Of a DNA stretch of 64,000 nt, positions 1 through 10,605 are shown piece after piece. The notes under the pieces are model-generated. The model saw nothing but the letters and a program-made list of their open reading frames with translations, was not told the origin of the DNA and did no database searches. Origin of the DNA: an uncultured Chloroflexia bacterium (lineage in GTDB: Bacteria; Chloroflexota; Anaerolineae; CG2-30-64-16); the NCBI GenBank assembly GCA_963810095.1, contig CAWEMM010000006.1, forward strand, positions 1,440,001 through 1,504,000, given 5' to 3'. Positions within the stretch are counted from its first letter, which is position 1, and the number at the start of each line of letters is the position of its first letter. The position numbers were made by a program, and so were the translations under genes.

Positions 1-1305
1 TTGTCGCTGACGGCCGCATATTTGCGTTCCCGAACGAGAGACCGCTGCCTGAAGTCTTGGGAAGGATTTCACGTAACGCTGGAGCGCACGAACGGCAAGC
101 TGGTGTGGGGTGAGCTGCACGTGGTGTCGACGGGGATGGAGTTCGTCTATGCCGGGTCGGTGCAGGACGAACGCCACCTCGAGTCCTCCTATCTTCTATA
201 TGCCTCGGAGTACGCCGAGATCCAGGCGCTCTACCGCTACGTCGCCGACCTGTCGGACCAGAGCAAGCAGCAACGGCTGCGCGACATCGATTCCTCCTTC
301 CACCCGAACCCTGCGCGCCGCCTGCGCCGCGACGCGCAGAACTTCTTCGGCACCGCCACCGACTCCCTGAACGAAGTCATCGGCCTCGTCGTCGGCCGGG
401 CGGGCAAAGTGGGCGGCCGCTATATCGCCGCCGACGGCACGTCCTCGATCAAGAGCCTGAGCGGCAAGGTGCTCGGCCAGGTCGGCTCGATTTACGATCC
501 GCTCCTCGAACGCTATATTGGGAGCCGCGTCGTGATCGAGTTGCTCGAGGGCCAGGAGGTGCACGAGCATGTGGGGATCTTGCGGAATTACAGCCAGGAC
601 TTCATCGAAATTCTCGACGTGCGTTATCCGCAGCGGCGGTCGGTTGCAGTCGAGGCAGGTGGGCGGGTCGAAGGAGAGGGGTTAATCGTCGAAAAGGTGC
701 CCGGCAGGATCCATCTGCGCAACTGCAATGACTGGCCGGTGCTGGTCCATTCGCTGGCTTATGCGGACCACGAGGAGATGATTAATGCGGTCGTCGACGG
801 CGACGAGGAAATCGACCTGAACGTGGAAGACGTGTCCGCACAATCCGTTAAGCTGATCGTGCGCATTCCGGAAGAACTCGACTTTATCGTGCCGCGCAGC
901 CGCTGCGTGGTGCGTCACCGGGCGGAACAGTACCGCCAGGCCGATTTCAAAGCGCTCGTCGAGGATGTCGTTTTCGACGTGGGAAGGATATTCTCGACCA
1001 GCGGCCGCGACAACGGCCACGACAATACCGAGGCGCGGCTGCGTCAAGATGTGCGCCGGGACCCGATGAACGCGGCGGCCGCGGCTAACCTCGGATTTCT
1101 CTTAATGCAGCGGGACGAGTTGGCCGAGGCTGAGAAGTGGCTGCGGCATGCGCTGCAGTTCGAGTATTCGCTGCCCGACGGCGGCCGCCGGACGCGCATG
1201 CAACTGCGCGAGATCGAACGGCGCCGCGAGGGGTTGGATGCCTATGTCCAGGGTGCGATTCAGTCCTCGCCGACCGTCATTGGAGGCGAAGGCTCGGATT
1301 TGTGA
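1..1305 (+). CDS. Hypothetical protein with C-terminal TPR-like helices (probably 5'-truncated by the window edge)
   Basis: 434-aa open frame with GC3-biased codons; C-terminal 'DPMNAAAAANLGFLLMQRDELAEAEKWLRHAL' is TPR-like. Confidence 0.6.
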   Translation: MSLTAAYLRSRTRDRCLKSWEGFHVTLERTNGKLVWGELHVVSTGMEFVYAGSVQDERHLESSYLLYASEYAEIQALYRYVADLSDQSKQQRLRDIDSSFHPNPARRLRRDAQNFFGTATDSLNEVIGLVVGRAGKVGGRYIAADGTSSIKSLSGKVLGQVGSIYDPLLERYIGSRVVIELLEGQEVHEHVGILRNYSQDFIEILDVRYPQRRSVAVEAGGRVEGEGLIVEKVPGRIHLRNCNDWPVLVHSLAYADHEEMINAVVDGDEEIDLNVEDVSAQSVKLIVRIPEELDFIVPRSRCVVRHRAEQYRQADFKALVEDVVFDVGRIFSTSGRDNGHDNTEARLRQDVRRDPMNAAAAANLGFLLMQRDELAEAEKWLRHALQFEYSLPDGGRRTRMQLREIERRREGLDAYVQGAIQSSPTVIGGEGSDL

Positions 1306-1329
1306 TGTGCTATGAGGAGGGATGCTTGT

Positions 1330-2270
1330 ATGGCAGGTGAAACTTGCTGTGTGTGCGACAAGCCGATCGCCGGCGCGGCAAAGATGCTGGGGGGCCGCGC
1401 GTTTTGCGAGGAGCATTATGCCGCGTGTGGGGCAAAGCCGGCGAGGGCTGTGGCTCGCCACGGTCTTCCTGATCGTCGGGCTGGCGCTGTTCGTCACTGC
1501 CGTATTTTTCGCGGCGCCCGCGGTGCGCGACTCGCTGCAGGGTCCGGCCCTGGTCTTCGCCGGACTGCTGCTGGCGCTCGTTCCGGCGGCCATCTGGATG
1601 GTCGTGTTCTACCTGCAAGACCGGGCCGAGCCGGAGCCGAAGCGTTACGTGATTGGCGTGTTTTTGCTCGGCGTGCTCCTGGCTGCGGCAATTGGTCAGC
1701 CATTGATCCGGGCGTTCGACGTGAACGCATGGGCCGCGCGGCAGCCTGGCACTGCGGCTGCTGGCCGGCGTGTGCGTCATCGGCATCACGCAGGAGTTTC
1801 TCAAGTACGCGGCGGTGCGCTACACCGTGTTCGGCAGCGCGGAGTTCGACGAGCGAATTGACGGCATCATCTACGGGGCGGCCGCGGGCCTGGGCTACGC
1901 CACCTACCTGAACGTCAATTACGTCATCTCGAACGGCGGCGTGGACATTGGGATCGGAGCCGTGCGGATCGCGGTCGTCGCGCTGGCCCAGGCGTCATTC
2001 GCCGGCGTCACCGGCTACTTCCTAGGCCGGGCCAAGTTCGAGAATCGGGGGCCGTTCTGGCTCCCGGTCGGGCTGTTTCTCGCCGCAGTGCTGAACGGGG
2101 TCGTCACGACGCTACTCAGCGAGATTACGCGCAGCGGCCTGCAGCCCACGCCGCTCAATGGCCTGATCTTTGCCGCCGTCGTGGCGGCGCTCACCTTTAT
2201 CATCCTGTTCACCGTGATCCGCCGGGGTGCGCGGCCGATGCCCGCCGTGGCAGGAGGAGTGAACTCATGA
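1330..2270 (+). CDS. prsW: PrsW-family intramembrane metalloprotease with an N-terminal Cys/His cluster (2 frameshifts)
   Basis: RBS GAGGAGG at ~1314-1320, ATG at 1330. Pieces across frames: 'MAGETCCVCDKPI...FCEEHY', 'DRAEPEPK', 'QEFLKY...EFDERIDGIIYGAAAGLGYA', which match PrsW motifs. Confidence 0.75.
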
Positions 2271-2876
2271 CCGCTGCTGCTGTCAAAATGCCTCGCAGCC
2301 GGGGCCGTGCCGAAGAGCCCGAGTGGCTGGTGTGGGCGCTGGTGCTGGTGATGCTGGCCATCGGCCTCCTCGCACGGACGGTCGTGCTGGGTCAGACAAC
2401 CACGTTCACTGCGGGCGGCGTCTCGGTTAAATACCCGGCCGCGTGGATTGCCCTAACTAAGCAGAATGACGATGACGCTGCTGACTGTGGGCCAGCCTTT
2501 TGCGGGCGGGCTTTTCCCGGCGCGTTTCGCGCTGCTGCAGATGCCGGCGAGCAGCATCAGCCGGAACGCCCAGTCGCTCGGCGACTTTGCGCTGCAGTGG
2601 TCGGACCGGGGGGCGCAGGATCTGCTGGGATACAAAGTGCTGAACATCGAGCCGGTGCAGGTGCGGGGCAAGGACGCGGTGCGGGTCGACTACGTGTACG
2701 TCGCCGAGCCGGCCCTTGCCACCCCGAACAGCATCCCCATCGTCGCGCAAGGGGCCGACATCCTCATTCCGGCGGGCGACAAGATGACGGTTGCCCGGCT
2801 CGTGGCTGCGTCCGACGAATTCGACGGCTTGGGCCAAACCTGGGACCGCATTCTCGGCTCCCTCGAGCTGCAGTAG
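2267..2876 (+). CDS. Membrane-anchored hypothetical protein (frameshift near 2460)
   Basis: ATGA overlap with prsW; N-terminal TM 'WLVWALVLVMLAIGLL'; C-terminal part is ORF 2466..2876. Confidence 0.6.
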
Positions 2877-2885
2877 GAGGCGACG

Positions 2886-4463
2886 ATGAAACGTAACTAC
2901 CGCACGGCAATTCTCGCCGTCCTGGTGCTGCTGAGCCTGGCGGGCACGCTGGCGGGCAGTGCGCCGCGTGCCGAGGCCGTGGACAAGGACGTCGCCCAGC
3001 GCATCCTGCGCGCATCGGTCAAGCTGCTGACCCCCATGGATGCGGACGAGAACTCGGGGAGCCTCTGTTCGGGCAGCATGCTGGACCCGCAGGGCTACAT
3101 CCTGACGAACTTCCACTGCATCGGCTATCCGACGTCGGGCCCGAAGGACCAGGAGCTGGAAAGCCTGGGCATGGAGCCCGGCGACCTGTTCAACTCGAAG
3201 GGGCTGTCGGTGGTGGCGGTGACGGACGACCCCCGCAAGCTCCCGAAGCCCACCTATGTCGCGCAGGTCATGTCTTCCGACCCCGAGCTGGACATTGCCG
3301 TGCTTAAGGTGATTGCGTACTACAACAGCAAGCAGAAGTTGACGGACAACCTGCCGGTGATGACGATGGACGTGGCCGATTCGGAGGCCGTTGAGACGCT
3401 GGACGACGTCATCGTCGTTGGCTATCCGGGCATTGCGGGCGACACCGTTACGGCCACGGAGGGCCGTATCTCCGGCTTCATTGACGAGGACGGCGACGAT
3501 AACTTCGATTGGTTCAAGACCGACGTGTTGGTGAATCAGGGGAATTCGGGCGGCTCCGCGCTGAACGCCAAGGGCGAATTGATCGGCGTGCCGACGGCCC
3601 GGCTGCAGGACAAGTCGGGCAACGTGATCTACCTGATCCGGCCGGTCAACCGGGCCGCGGCCTATATTGAAGAAGCGCACAAGGTGGGCGCCAGCGGCGG
3701 GCAGGTGGCGACAAAGCCGCCAAGCAAGCCGGCCGCGCCTGCTCAGACGAGCGGCAAGGGGACGTTCGGCGAGCCCATCTTCGGCACGGGCTTCGACGAT
3801 AACGATGGGATCACCGGCGAAGCAACCACGTTCAACTCGGGCATCAAGGAAATTCACGCGGGTCTGCCTTACGAGAACATGCGGGACGGAACCTCCTGGG
3901 GCTACCAGTGGCAGTACGAGGGCCAGGACGTGACGGGCGAGTCGGACCTGGCGTGGGAGTTCGGCCAGTCTGGCGTGGTCGACTTGAGCCTGACCGGCAA
4001 GAAGGGGCTCACGGACGGCGAGTACAGCCTGCAGGTATACCTGCGCGGCGACCTCGTGCAAGAGACCGGGTTTACGGTCGGACGCAAGCCGGGCAACAAC
4101 CGGCCGCCCCAGAAGCCGCAGAAGCCGGTGGACGAGGGTGTGACGATCACCGGCACGATCATCGACCATGCCACCCGGCGGCCCATCCGCGACGCGATCG
4201 TCGTATTCCTGAATCCGGGGCAGACGGTGGACGATTTTGATGCGGACTCGAGTGACGGCAAGACAGAGACGGTATTCGCCTACGGCGTCAGCGACGCAAA
4301 GGGGATTTACACGCTGAACAATCCGCTGCCGCGCGGCGAGGTCTACACCGTGATCGTTGGTGCGAAGGGCTACGCCCGCATCGCCGAGGACGACGCGCTG
4401 GAGATAACGCAGGATGATCCGGACGTGATCGAGCTTGATCCGCTGGAGTTGGACAAGCAGTAG
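2886..4463 (+). CDS. Secreted trypsin-like (S1) serine protease with C-terminal beta-rich domains
   Basis: Signal peptide; catalytic motifs LTNFHC, LDIAVL and GNSGG; RBS AGGAGG. Confidence 0.85.
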   Translation: MKRNYRTAILAVLVLLSLAGTLAGSAPRAEAVDKDVAQRILRASVKLLTPMDADENSGSLCSGSMLDPQGYILTNFHCIGYPTSGPKDQELESLGMEPGDLFNSKGLSVVAVTDDPRKLPKPTYVAQVMSSDPELDIAVLKVIAYYNSKQKLTDNLPVMTMDVADSEAVETLDDVIVVGYPGIAGDTVTATEGRISGFIDEDGDDNFDWFKTDVLVNQGNSGGSALNAKGELIGVPTARLQDKSGNVIYLIRPVNRAAAYIEEAHKVGASGGQVATKPPSKPAAPAQTSGKGTFGEPIFGTGFDDNDGITGEATTFNSGIKEIHAGLPYENMRDGTSWGYQWQYEGQDVTGESDLAWEFGQSGVVDLSLTGKKGLTDGEYSLQVYLRGDLVQETGFTVGRKPGNNRPPQKPQKPVDEGVTITGTIIDHATRRPIRDAIVVFLNPGQTVDDFDADSSDGKTETVFAYGVSDAKGIYTLNNPLPRGEVYTVIVGAKGYARIAEDDALEITQDDPDVIELDPLELDKQ

Positions 4464-4484
4464 TGCACGCGCTGCTCACATGAG

Positions 4485-4523
4485 AACGACGCCGGGGCGG
4501 CCTGAAGCCGCCCCGGCGTCGTT
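4485..4523. terminator. Bidirectional intrinsic terminator hairpin between convergent genes
   Basis: 17-bp perfect stem AACGACGCCGGGGCGGC-ctgaa-GCCGCCCCGGCGTCGTT. Confidence 0.8.
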
Positions 4524-4534
4524 TAAGCCGATCG

Positions 4535-5125
4535 TTACTTAAGCAGCGTGCGCTTCAGGAACTCAACGATCACATGCGTTGGGATTGCAAACCCCACGTC
4601 CGGGCCGTTGATCATGGTGTTGATCCCCAGCAGCCGGCCGCGGACGTCCACCAGTGGTCCGCCGGAGTGGCCCGGCCGCATGTGAAGGCTGACCACCAGC
4701 CAGTCTCGCATGGCCGGCCGCATCTCGGGCCACTGCCGGCCCATGCCGATGATGACCCCCCCGGTCGCCGCCCCTGTCACGCCCCACGGGTGGCCCAGCG
4801 CCATGACCCACTGGCCGGGCCGCACCGCCCGTGAGTCGGCCAGTTGGATCGTGGGTAGCGTCTTCGCATCGATCCTCAGCGCGGCCAGGTCACAGTCCCG
4901 GTCGACGGCCAGGATCTCCGCATCGAACTCCCGTCCGCCAACCAGCTCGACCTTTAGCGGGCCGCGGCTTGCCACATGCGCGTTTGTGACAATCAGCCCC
5001 TCGGGATGCCAGATGGTCCCCGCCCCTGCGCCACGCCGCCCGTTTCGCACCTGCACCAGGCTCTTGTACACTTCGTCGACTACGTCCGCCGACTCGACAT
5101 TCAACGCCTGCACCTGATCCATCAT
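4535..5125 (-). CDS. HtrA/DegP-like trypsin protease without a PDZ domain
   Basis: TNAHV, DLAAL and GHSGGP catalytic triad motifs. Confidence 0.85.
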   Translation of the reverse strand: MMDQVQALNVESADVVDEVYKSLVQVRNGRRGAGAGTIWHPEGLIVTNAHVASRGPLKVELVGGREFDAEILAVDRDCDLAALRIDAKTLPTIQLADSRAVRPGQWVMALGHPWGVTGAATGGVIIGMGRQWPEMRPAMRDWLVVSLHMRPGHSGGPLVDVRGRLLGINTMINGPDVGFAIPTHVIVEFLKRTLLK

Positions 5126-5149
5126 CTCATCCCCGGTCTTCGATACGCC

Positions 5150-6068
5150 TTACCCCTGCTCGCCGACCAAAACGCTAATCTCGGTGACCTGGCCGCCGCG
5201 CAACAGGCGAACCGGGACGGCCTTGCCGACGCGGTCACCGCCGAGCGCGGCCAGCAGGTCGTCGAGGTGCGCGGTGCGCTGGCCGTCGAGCGAGAGCAGC
5301 GTGTCGCCCATGAAGAGGCCGCTGCGTTCCGCAGGGCTGCCGGCTTCAACCGAGCCCAGCAAAAGCCCCGTCTCCTGTCCGACTTGCTCTGCTATAGCCT
5401 GCGGCAGGCGCACGGTCTGTGCGCCTACGCCCAGATAGCCCGCGCTTCACCCGCCCGTGCCGCAGCAGCGCCTCGGCCACCCGCCGGATCGTCTCGGCCG
5501 GGATGGTCAGGGTAACGTCGCGCAGCATGGCCGACGTGTTAATGCCGACGAACTTGCCCCCGGCACTGACCAGCGGCCCGCCCGAAAAGCCCGGGTACAT
5601 GAGCGCGTCCGTCTGGAGGTAGTAGTCTAGCTGCCCGCCGGCGGGCGTGCGCCAGTCCTTTTTGAGCGCGCTGATGATCCCGAGGGTCGCCATAACGCTC
5701 TGCCCCGGCCGGCCGAGCGCCAGTGCGAGGTGGCCGACATGGAGGAAGTCACCGCCCGCCCAAGCCGGCGCCGCCAGTTCTCCGGCCGCCTGCAGACCGT
5801 CGGCGCCGATGCGGAGGAGCGCGAGGTCGGTGGTCGGATCGCGGCCGACGAGGGTCGCGGTCACCGTGCGCCCGCCGGCCAGGCCAATGCCAATGTTCTC
5901 GTCCTGCTCGACGACATGATGCGCGGTAACGATCAACCCGTCCGCAGACCAAACGACGCCGGTCGCGGGCAGCCGCCGCCGGCCTTCCACCCGCACGATG
6001 CTCGGGCCTGCGATCTCCACTGCCGACGCCAGCGCGTCGGACACTGATGCCAATGCTTCGCCAGTCAT
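5150..6068 (-). CDS. HtrA-like S1C protease with a PDZ domain (frameshift near 5435)
   Basis: TAHHV, DLALL, GFSGGP; PDZ segment 'VEAGSPAERSGLFMGDTLLSLDG' in ORF 5150..5413. Confidence 0.85.
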
Positions 6069-6171
6069 AGTTGCCTCCGGTAATGGTTTACGGCGGCAGC
6101 ATACCGCTTCCGACGCGCCGGCGCATCGCTCGTTGTGGGGGGAGGGGACCTGGAAAAAAGGTTAGGGAGGG

Positions 6172-6817
6172 TTACAGGAACACGAGCCCAAGACGGGTGG
6201 CGCGAACGACGGCTTCCGTGCGACTTGCCACGCCGAGCTTGCCAAGGAGGGCGTTAACGTGGAACTTGACCGTGTGCTCGCTGATGTCGAGCCGCTGCGC
6301 GATCGTCTTGTTGGGCAGCCCCTCGGCGAGGAGGCGCAGCACTTCGAGCTCGCGGGGGGTTAGCTCTTCTATCAGGGCCGGCTCGTCGCCGCCGAACGGC
6401 GGCGCGGCTGCCGTGACCGGTGCGGCGCTCAGCACGGAGCGGAACGCGGTATCGAACAGGGACAGACCTTCGGCTGCAGCATGCAGCCCGGCGGCAATCC
6501 GGGCTGGCGGGGCGTCACGGGCCAGGACGCGCGGGCGCGCCGGCGGCCCACGCGGCCCGGGCGTCCGGCTCGTCGTTCACCAGTGCGACGACGGGGAGGC
6601 TCTTTGGGGCCTCGGCGAGGTGGGCCAGCGCGATCTCCGGTTTCCAGCCCATATCCCAGAGCACCACGTCGGGCCGGTGAGCGTCCAGCTCGGCCCCCAG
6701 GTCATCGCCGGCAACCCGGCCGGCAATCGACAGATCGGGGAGGTCGGCCAGCAGGACGGCCAGGCCGGCGCGTGCCAGCGGATCGTCCGCGACGATCAGG
6801 ACGCGTAGCGCGCTCAT
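6172..6817 (-). CDS. NarL/LuxR-family response regulator (frameshifted)
   Basis: Receiver '[19 protein letters not shown]...VVLWD'; HTH '[36 protein letters not shown]'. Confidence 0.85.
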
Positions 6818-7885
6818 GCCGGCGCCTCGCCGGGGAGAAAGTCGACGATCAGCACGTCGGGCGGGCACCAGATGCGGAGGGGCGGCTCGGCCGAGCCGAC
6901 GCCCGAGGTCACGAAGAGGTGCGTTTGACCGAAGACAAAGTGACCCTGGTCGAAGAGGCGGCCGTACTTGGAAGGCACGACGAGCGGCCCCAGGCCCGGC
7001 ACGCGGATTTGGCCGCCATGATAATGGCCAGCGAAGATGGCGTTGAAGCCCTGGTCGCGCAGCGCATAGACGTTGTCGGGGGTATGCGTCAGGACGAGCT
7101 GGAGCTCGCCGGGCATGGGCTGGGGCAAGACCCACCGTTTTTCGCCCCAGGGATGCTCGAAGCCGCTCAGCACGACGGCATGGCCGGTTCCGGTTGCCAG
7201 GCGCACGGTCTGTCCGCCGATCATGCGGACCCCGGCCGACTCTGCCGTCGCCCGGACTGCCTCGCTGCCGGCCCAGCGGTCGTGGTTGCCGATGACGCCG
7301 AACGAGCCCAGCCGGCCCGTCGCGCGGGGCAGCACGTCGCCCATCAGGGGGATGTATTCCCGGTAGGTCACGAAGTCGCCCGTGAAAACGACGACGTCCG
7401 GCTCCGCTTCGGCCACCCGGCCCATGGCTTCGCGGAAGTAGCTCAGCGGAAGATGGCTGTTCAGATGGAAGTCGCTCAGATGCGCGACGCGCACCGCGCG
7501 GCCCGCTCCAGCCCGAGACCGGGACCTCGTAGTGGCGCAGCACGAGGTCAGTGGTCGTCGCGGGGCGGGCGAGGTCGAGCGCGGGGCCGTGCTGGGCAAC
7601 GGGCGCGGCGCCGCGGTGACGGCTGCGCACGGCGCGACGGCGGGCTTCGCCGTAGAGGGTTACGCAGAAACCGGCGGCGGGCAGCAGCACCCAGCGCGAC
7701 CTGCCGATGCGCCAGCCAACCAGGCCGCTGATCCCGAGGGTGAGCAGTCCGCCCGCGCGAATCATGAAGCTCTTGAGGCGCTTGCCGCGCATCTGGATCA
7801 GGAGGCGATTGAGGACGTACAGATAGCCTGCCGAGGCCGAGACCATCGTCAGCAGCATGCTTAGGGAGCGGGTGAGGATTGTCAT
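6814..7885 (-). CDS. Membrane-anchored metallophosphoesterase (YkuE-like; frameshift near 7505)
   Basis: SDFH, TGD, GNHD and GHYHGGQ motifs; N-terminal TM helices in the 6515..8044 frame. Confidence 0.85.
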
Positions 7886-7889
7886 AAGG

Positions 7890-8808
7890 TCAGGCCACGA
7901 CCGCCCGGTACGATGGGGCAAACTCGAGCGCGGTGCTGATCGTGCGGAACTGGATGTCGACGGTATCTTCGATGCGACGCGCATAGCCGCCGCCCATGAC
8001 CACGGCGACGGGGATGCCGGCCTCGCGGCAGCGCTCCAGCACAAGGCAGTCGCGCCGGGCCAGGCCCTCTTTGGTCAAGGCGAGCCGGCCCAGGGTGTCG
8101 CCCGCGAAGGGATCCGCGCCGGCGAGGTAGATGGCGAAGTCTGGGCGGAAGGTGGGCAGAACGCGGTCCAGAGCGCTCGTCAGCAGGTCGAGGTACAGAT
8201 TATCGTCGGCCCCGTCGGGCAACTCCACGTCCAGGTCGCTTTGCTCCTTGTGGTGCGGGAAGTTCTTGGCGCCGTGCATGGAGAAGGTGTAGATGCTCGG
8301 GTCGCCGGCCAGGAGGGCGGCCGTCCCGTTCCCCTGGTGTACGTCGCAATCGACGATCACCGCCCGGCGCGCCCGGCCCTCGCGCTGCATGGCGCGGCGC
8401 GGCCACGACACAATCGTTGAACACGCAGAAGCCCTCGCCGTGATCGGCGAAGGCGTGGTGCGTGCCGCCGGTCAGGCTGGCGGCCAGCCCCTCTTGCAGC
8501 GCGGCCCGGCAGGCCCCCAGCGTGCTGCCCACGGAGCGCCGGCAGCGCTCGACCAACTCGGGCGACCAGGGGAGCCCGATACGCCGCACCTCGCGGGCCG
8601 ACAATTCGCCGGTAACCACCTTGTCCAGGTAACTTTGCTCGTGGGCCAGGAGCAACTCGTCGTCGGTTGCCGCGTCTGGCACGAGCATCTCGCAGCGGTC
8701 GCCCAGCTCGCGGCCGACTCGTTCACGCAGCAACGAGTACTTGGCTGCGGGGAACCGGTGGCCCTGGGGCAGCGGGTAGGTGAAGTGGTCGCAGTAAAAG
8801 ACTTTCAC
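7890..8808 (-). CDS. Histone deacetylase family protein (frameshift near 8405)
   Basis: HRFP, GGTHHA, GEGFCVFND, DCDVHQGNGT and GGGY motifs. Confidence 0.9.
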
Positions 8809-10394
8809 TGGGCCTGCGTGCCGCCTTGCTGCTTCGGCGTGTCGGGGCGCACCACCTCGCCGCGCGCGACCGGCGCCAGCATCTGATCGACCGGCGCGTA
8901 CTGGTCGGTGAGCACCGTCGCCCGCCCACTCGCGAGGATGGACCGCACGGTCGAAGCCGGCAGCGCCAGGTCGGCCAGCAGCGTCTCGCCGTCGCCCGCG
9001 TCGATGTTCTTGAAGCGCTCCATGTTGATCGGGGCCCGGGAGGCCAGGATGACGAAGGTCACCCGGGGCGAGTCCTGCCAACCCCTGATCGCCGGCACAA
9101 CCTCGACATGGTCGAACGTCTGCTGCAGCGTGTTGACGTACGCGGCCAGGAAGTCGCGGCGCGGGCCGTCGATCAGGTTAACCATGTAAATGCCGTCGTC
9201 GGCCAACCACGCGCTGACCCGCTCGTTGAACTCGCGGGTCGTCAGGTGGTATGGTACCGAGTAGTCGTTGAACGCGTCGCCCATGATGAGGGAGTATTGG
9301 CGGTCGGGGCGGCGCTCCAGGAACAAGCGGGCGTCCTCGTTGAACGACCGCACGCGGGTGTCGCGTTTGAGCCCCAGCAGATCGTACGCCACTTGGGTTA
9401 CGCCCGGGTCGATCTCGATGACGTCCAGGTCGCTGTTCGGGTAGAGCGCCTCCATGTAGCGGGGGAACGTGTAGCCGCCGCCGCCGATGAACAGGGCAGA
9501 CAGCTTTTCGTGACTCAGCGACTGGTAGCGGGCTACTTCCGCGTAGACTTTCTCATAGCCATACACCAGCCGCCGGGGGTTATCCAGGTCGCTGTACGAA
9601 TGAACCAGGCGGTCGAGGATCAGCACCCGCACGTTCTCGCCGCGATTCGTGTCCTGCCGCACCTTGATGCAGAAGTAGTTGGTTTCGAGCGAGCACTGCG
9701 ACCTCGTCCAGCCTTGCTGCACCGCCGCATACGTCGCGCCGGCCAGGACGACCAGCACCAGCAGCCCCGCGACGACCACCCTGCGGCCGCCGGAGCCGGC
9801 GAGCAGGAATCCCAGGGCCATCAGGAACAAGACGACGGCGACGCCCCAGATGATGGCGTGGGTGCCGAACCAGGAAATGAGCAGGAAGCCGGTGGCGAAG
9901 GTGCCGACAATGCTCCCGACGGTGCCTGCGGCCGAAATCCGGCCGACCGTGCTGCCCGTTCGCGCGAGATCGTGGAGTGCAAGCTTCGTCACCACCGGCG
10001 AGACCGTGCCCAGGACCATGGCCGGGATGAAGAAGACGGTGGAGACGAGCACGAGGATGCGCAAGACGATGGGCCAGGCATCGGGCAGGGATTGGCCCAC
10101 GAGGTCTACGAACAGGACCGCCACGCTCGTCAGGCCGCCCAGGAAGAAGAGCAGGCTCAGAAGACGGTAGGAGGCCCAGCGGTCGGCCAGCCGGCCACCC
10201 AGGTAGTTGCCGAGACTCATGCCGGCCAGGATGACGCCGATGATGGTCGTCCAGGTGTAGAGCGAGACGCCCACGTAGGGCGCCACGATCCGGCCGGCGA
10301 CCAACTCGAGCACCATCATGCACGCGCTGGAGACGAAGACGATCAGCATTGCCGCCCACAGGCGCGGCGCCGGTCGTGCGATTTCGCTTTCCAT
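8805..10394 (-). CDS. Fused MFS-like membrane domain / spermidine synthase-type SAM-binding protein
   Basis: Multiple TM segments followed by IGGGGYT, IEIDP, EDAR, GDAF and HLTTREF. Confidence 0.85.
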   Translation of the reverse strand: MESEIARPAPRLWAAMLIVFVSSACMMVLELVAGRIVAPYVGVSLYTWTTIIGVILAGMSLGNYLGGRLADRWASYRLLSLLFFLGGLTSVAVLFVDLVGQSLPDAWPIVLRILVLVSTVFFIPAMVLGTVSPVVTKLALHDLARTGSTVGRISAAGTVGSIVGTFATGFLLISWFGTHAIIWGVAVVLFLMALGFLLAGSGGRRVVVAGLLVLVVLAGATYAAVQQGWTRSQCSLETNYFCIKVRQDTNRGENVRVLILDRLVHSYSDLDNPRRLVYGYEKVYAEVARYQSLSHEKLSALFIGGGGYTFPRYMEALYPNSDLDVIEIDPGVTQVAYDLLGLKRDTRVRSFNEDARLFLERRPDRQYSLIMGDAFNDYSVPYHLTTREFNERVSAWLADDGIYMVNLIDGPRRDFLAAYVNTLQQTFDHVEVVPAIRGWQDSPRVTFVILASRAPINMERFKNIDAGDGETLLADLALPASTVRSILASGRATVLTDQYAPVDQMLAPVARGEVVRPDTPKQQGGTQAQ

Positions 10395-10410
10395 CGGTCC
10401 TCGTGGTTCG

Positions 10411-10605
10411 TCAGTTAATGTCGCCATGGTCGCTCATGCCACGGCCCGACGGCCGGCAAGGACCTTCCACGTCGCCGCAGTCGAAGTAGTGGACGTCGTG
10501 GCCGGGGTTGCTCGCACGGGTTTCCGCAACGAGCGCGGCGATCCGGGCCAGGCCATCGGTCGGGCCATGGGTGTCGTTGGTGTGCAATATGATTACGTGT
10601 TGCAT
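10411..10605 (-). pseudogene. Remnant (N-terminus only) of a 5'-nucleotidase-type metallophosphoesterase
   Basis: 'IILHTNDTHG...FDCGD' are the first two calcineurin-like motifs; ORF ends after 64 aa; ATG abuts the mutM stop. Confidence 0.65.

Noticed and set aside
2457-4169. Long antisense or alternate-frame ORFs (also 8826-10418, 26439-28016, 48819-50393, 54674-56191, 59995-61338)
   Set aside because: Shadow ORFs of high-GC coding DNA; they overlap genes with clear motifs and have none themselves
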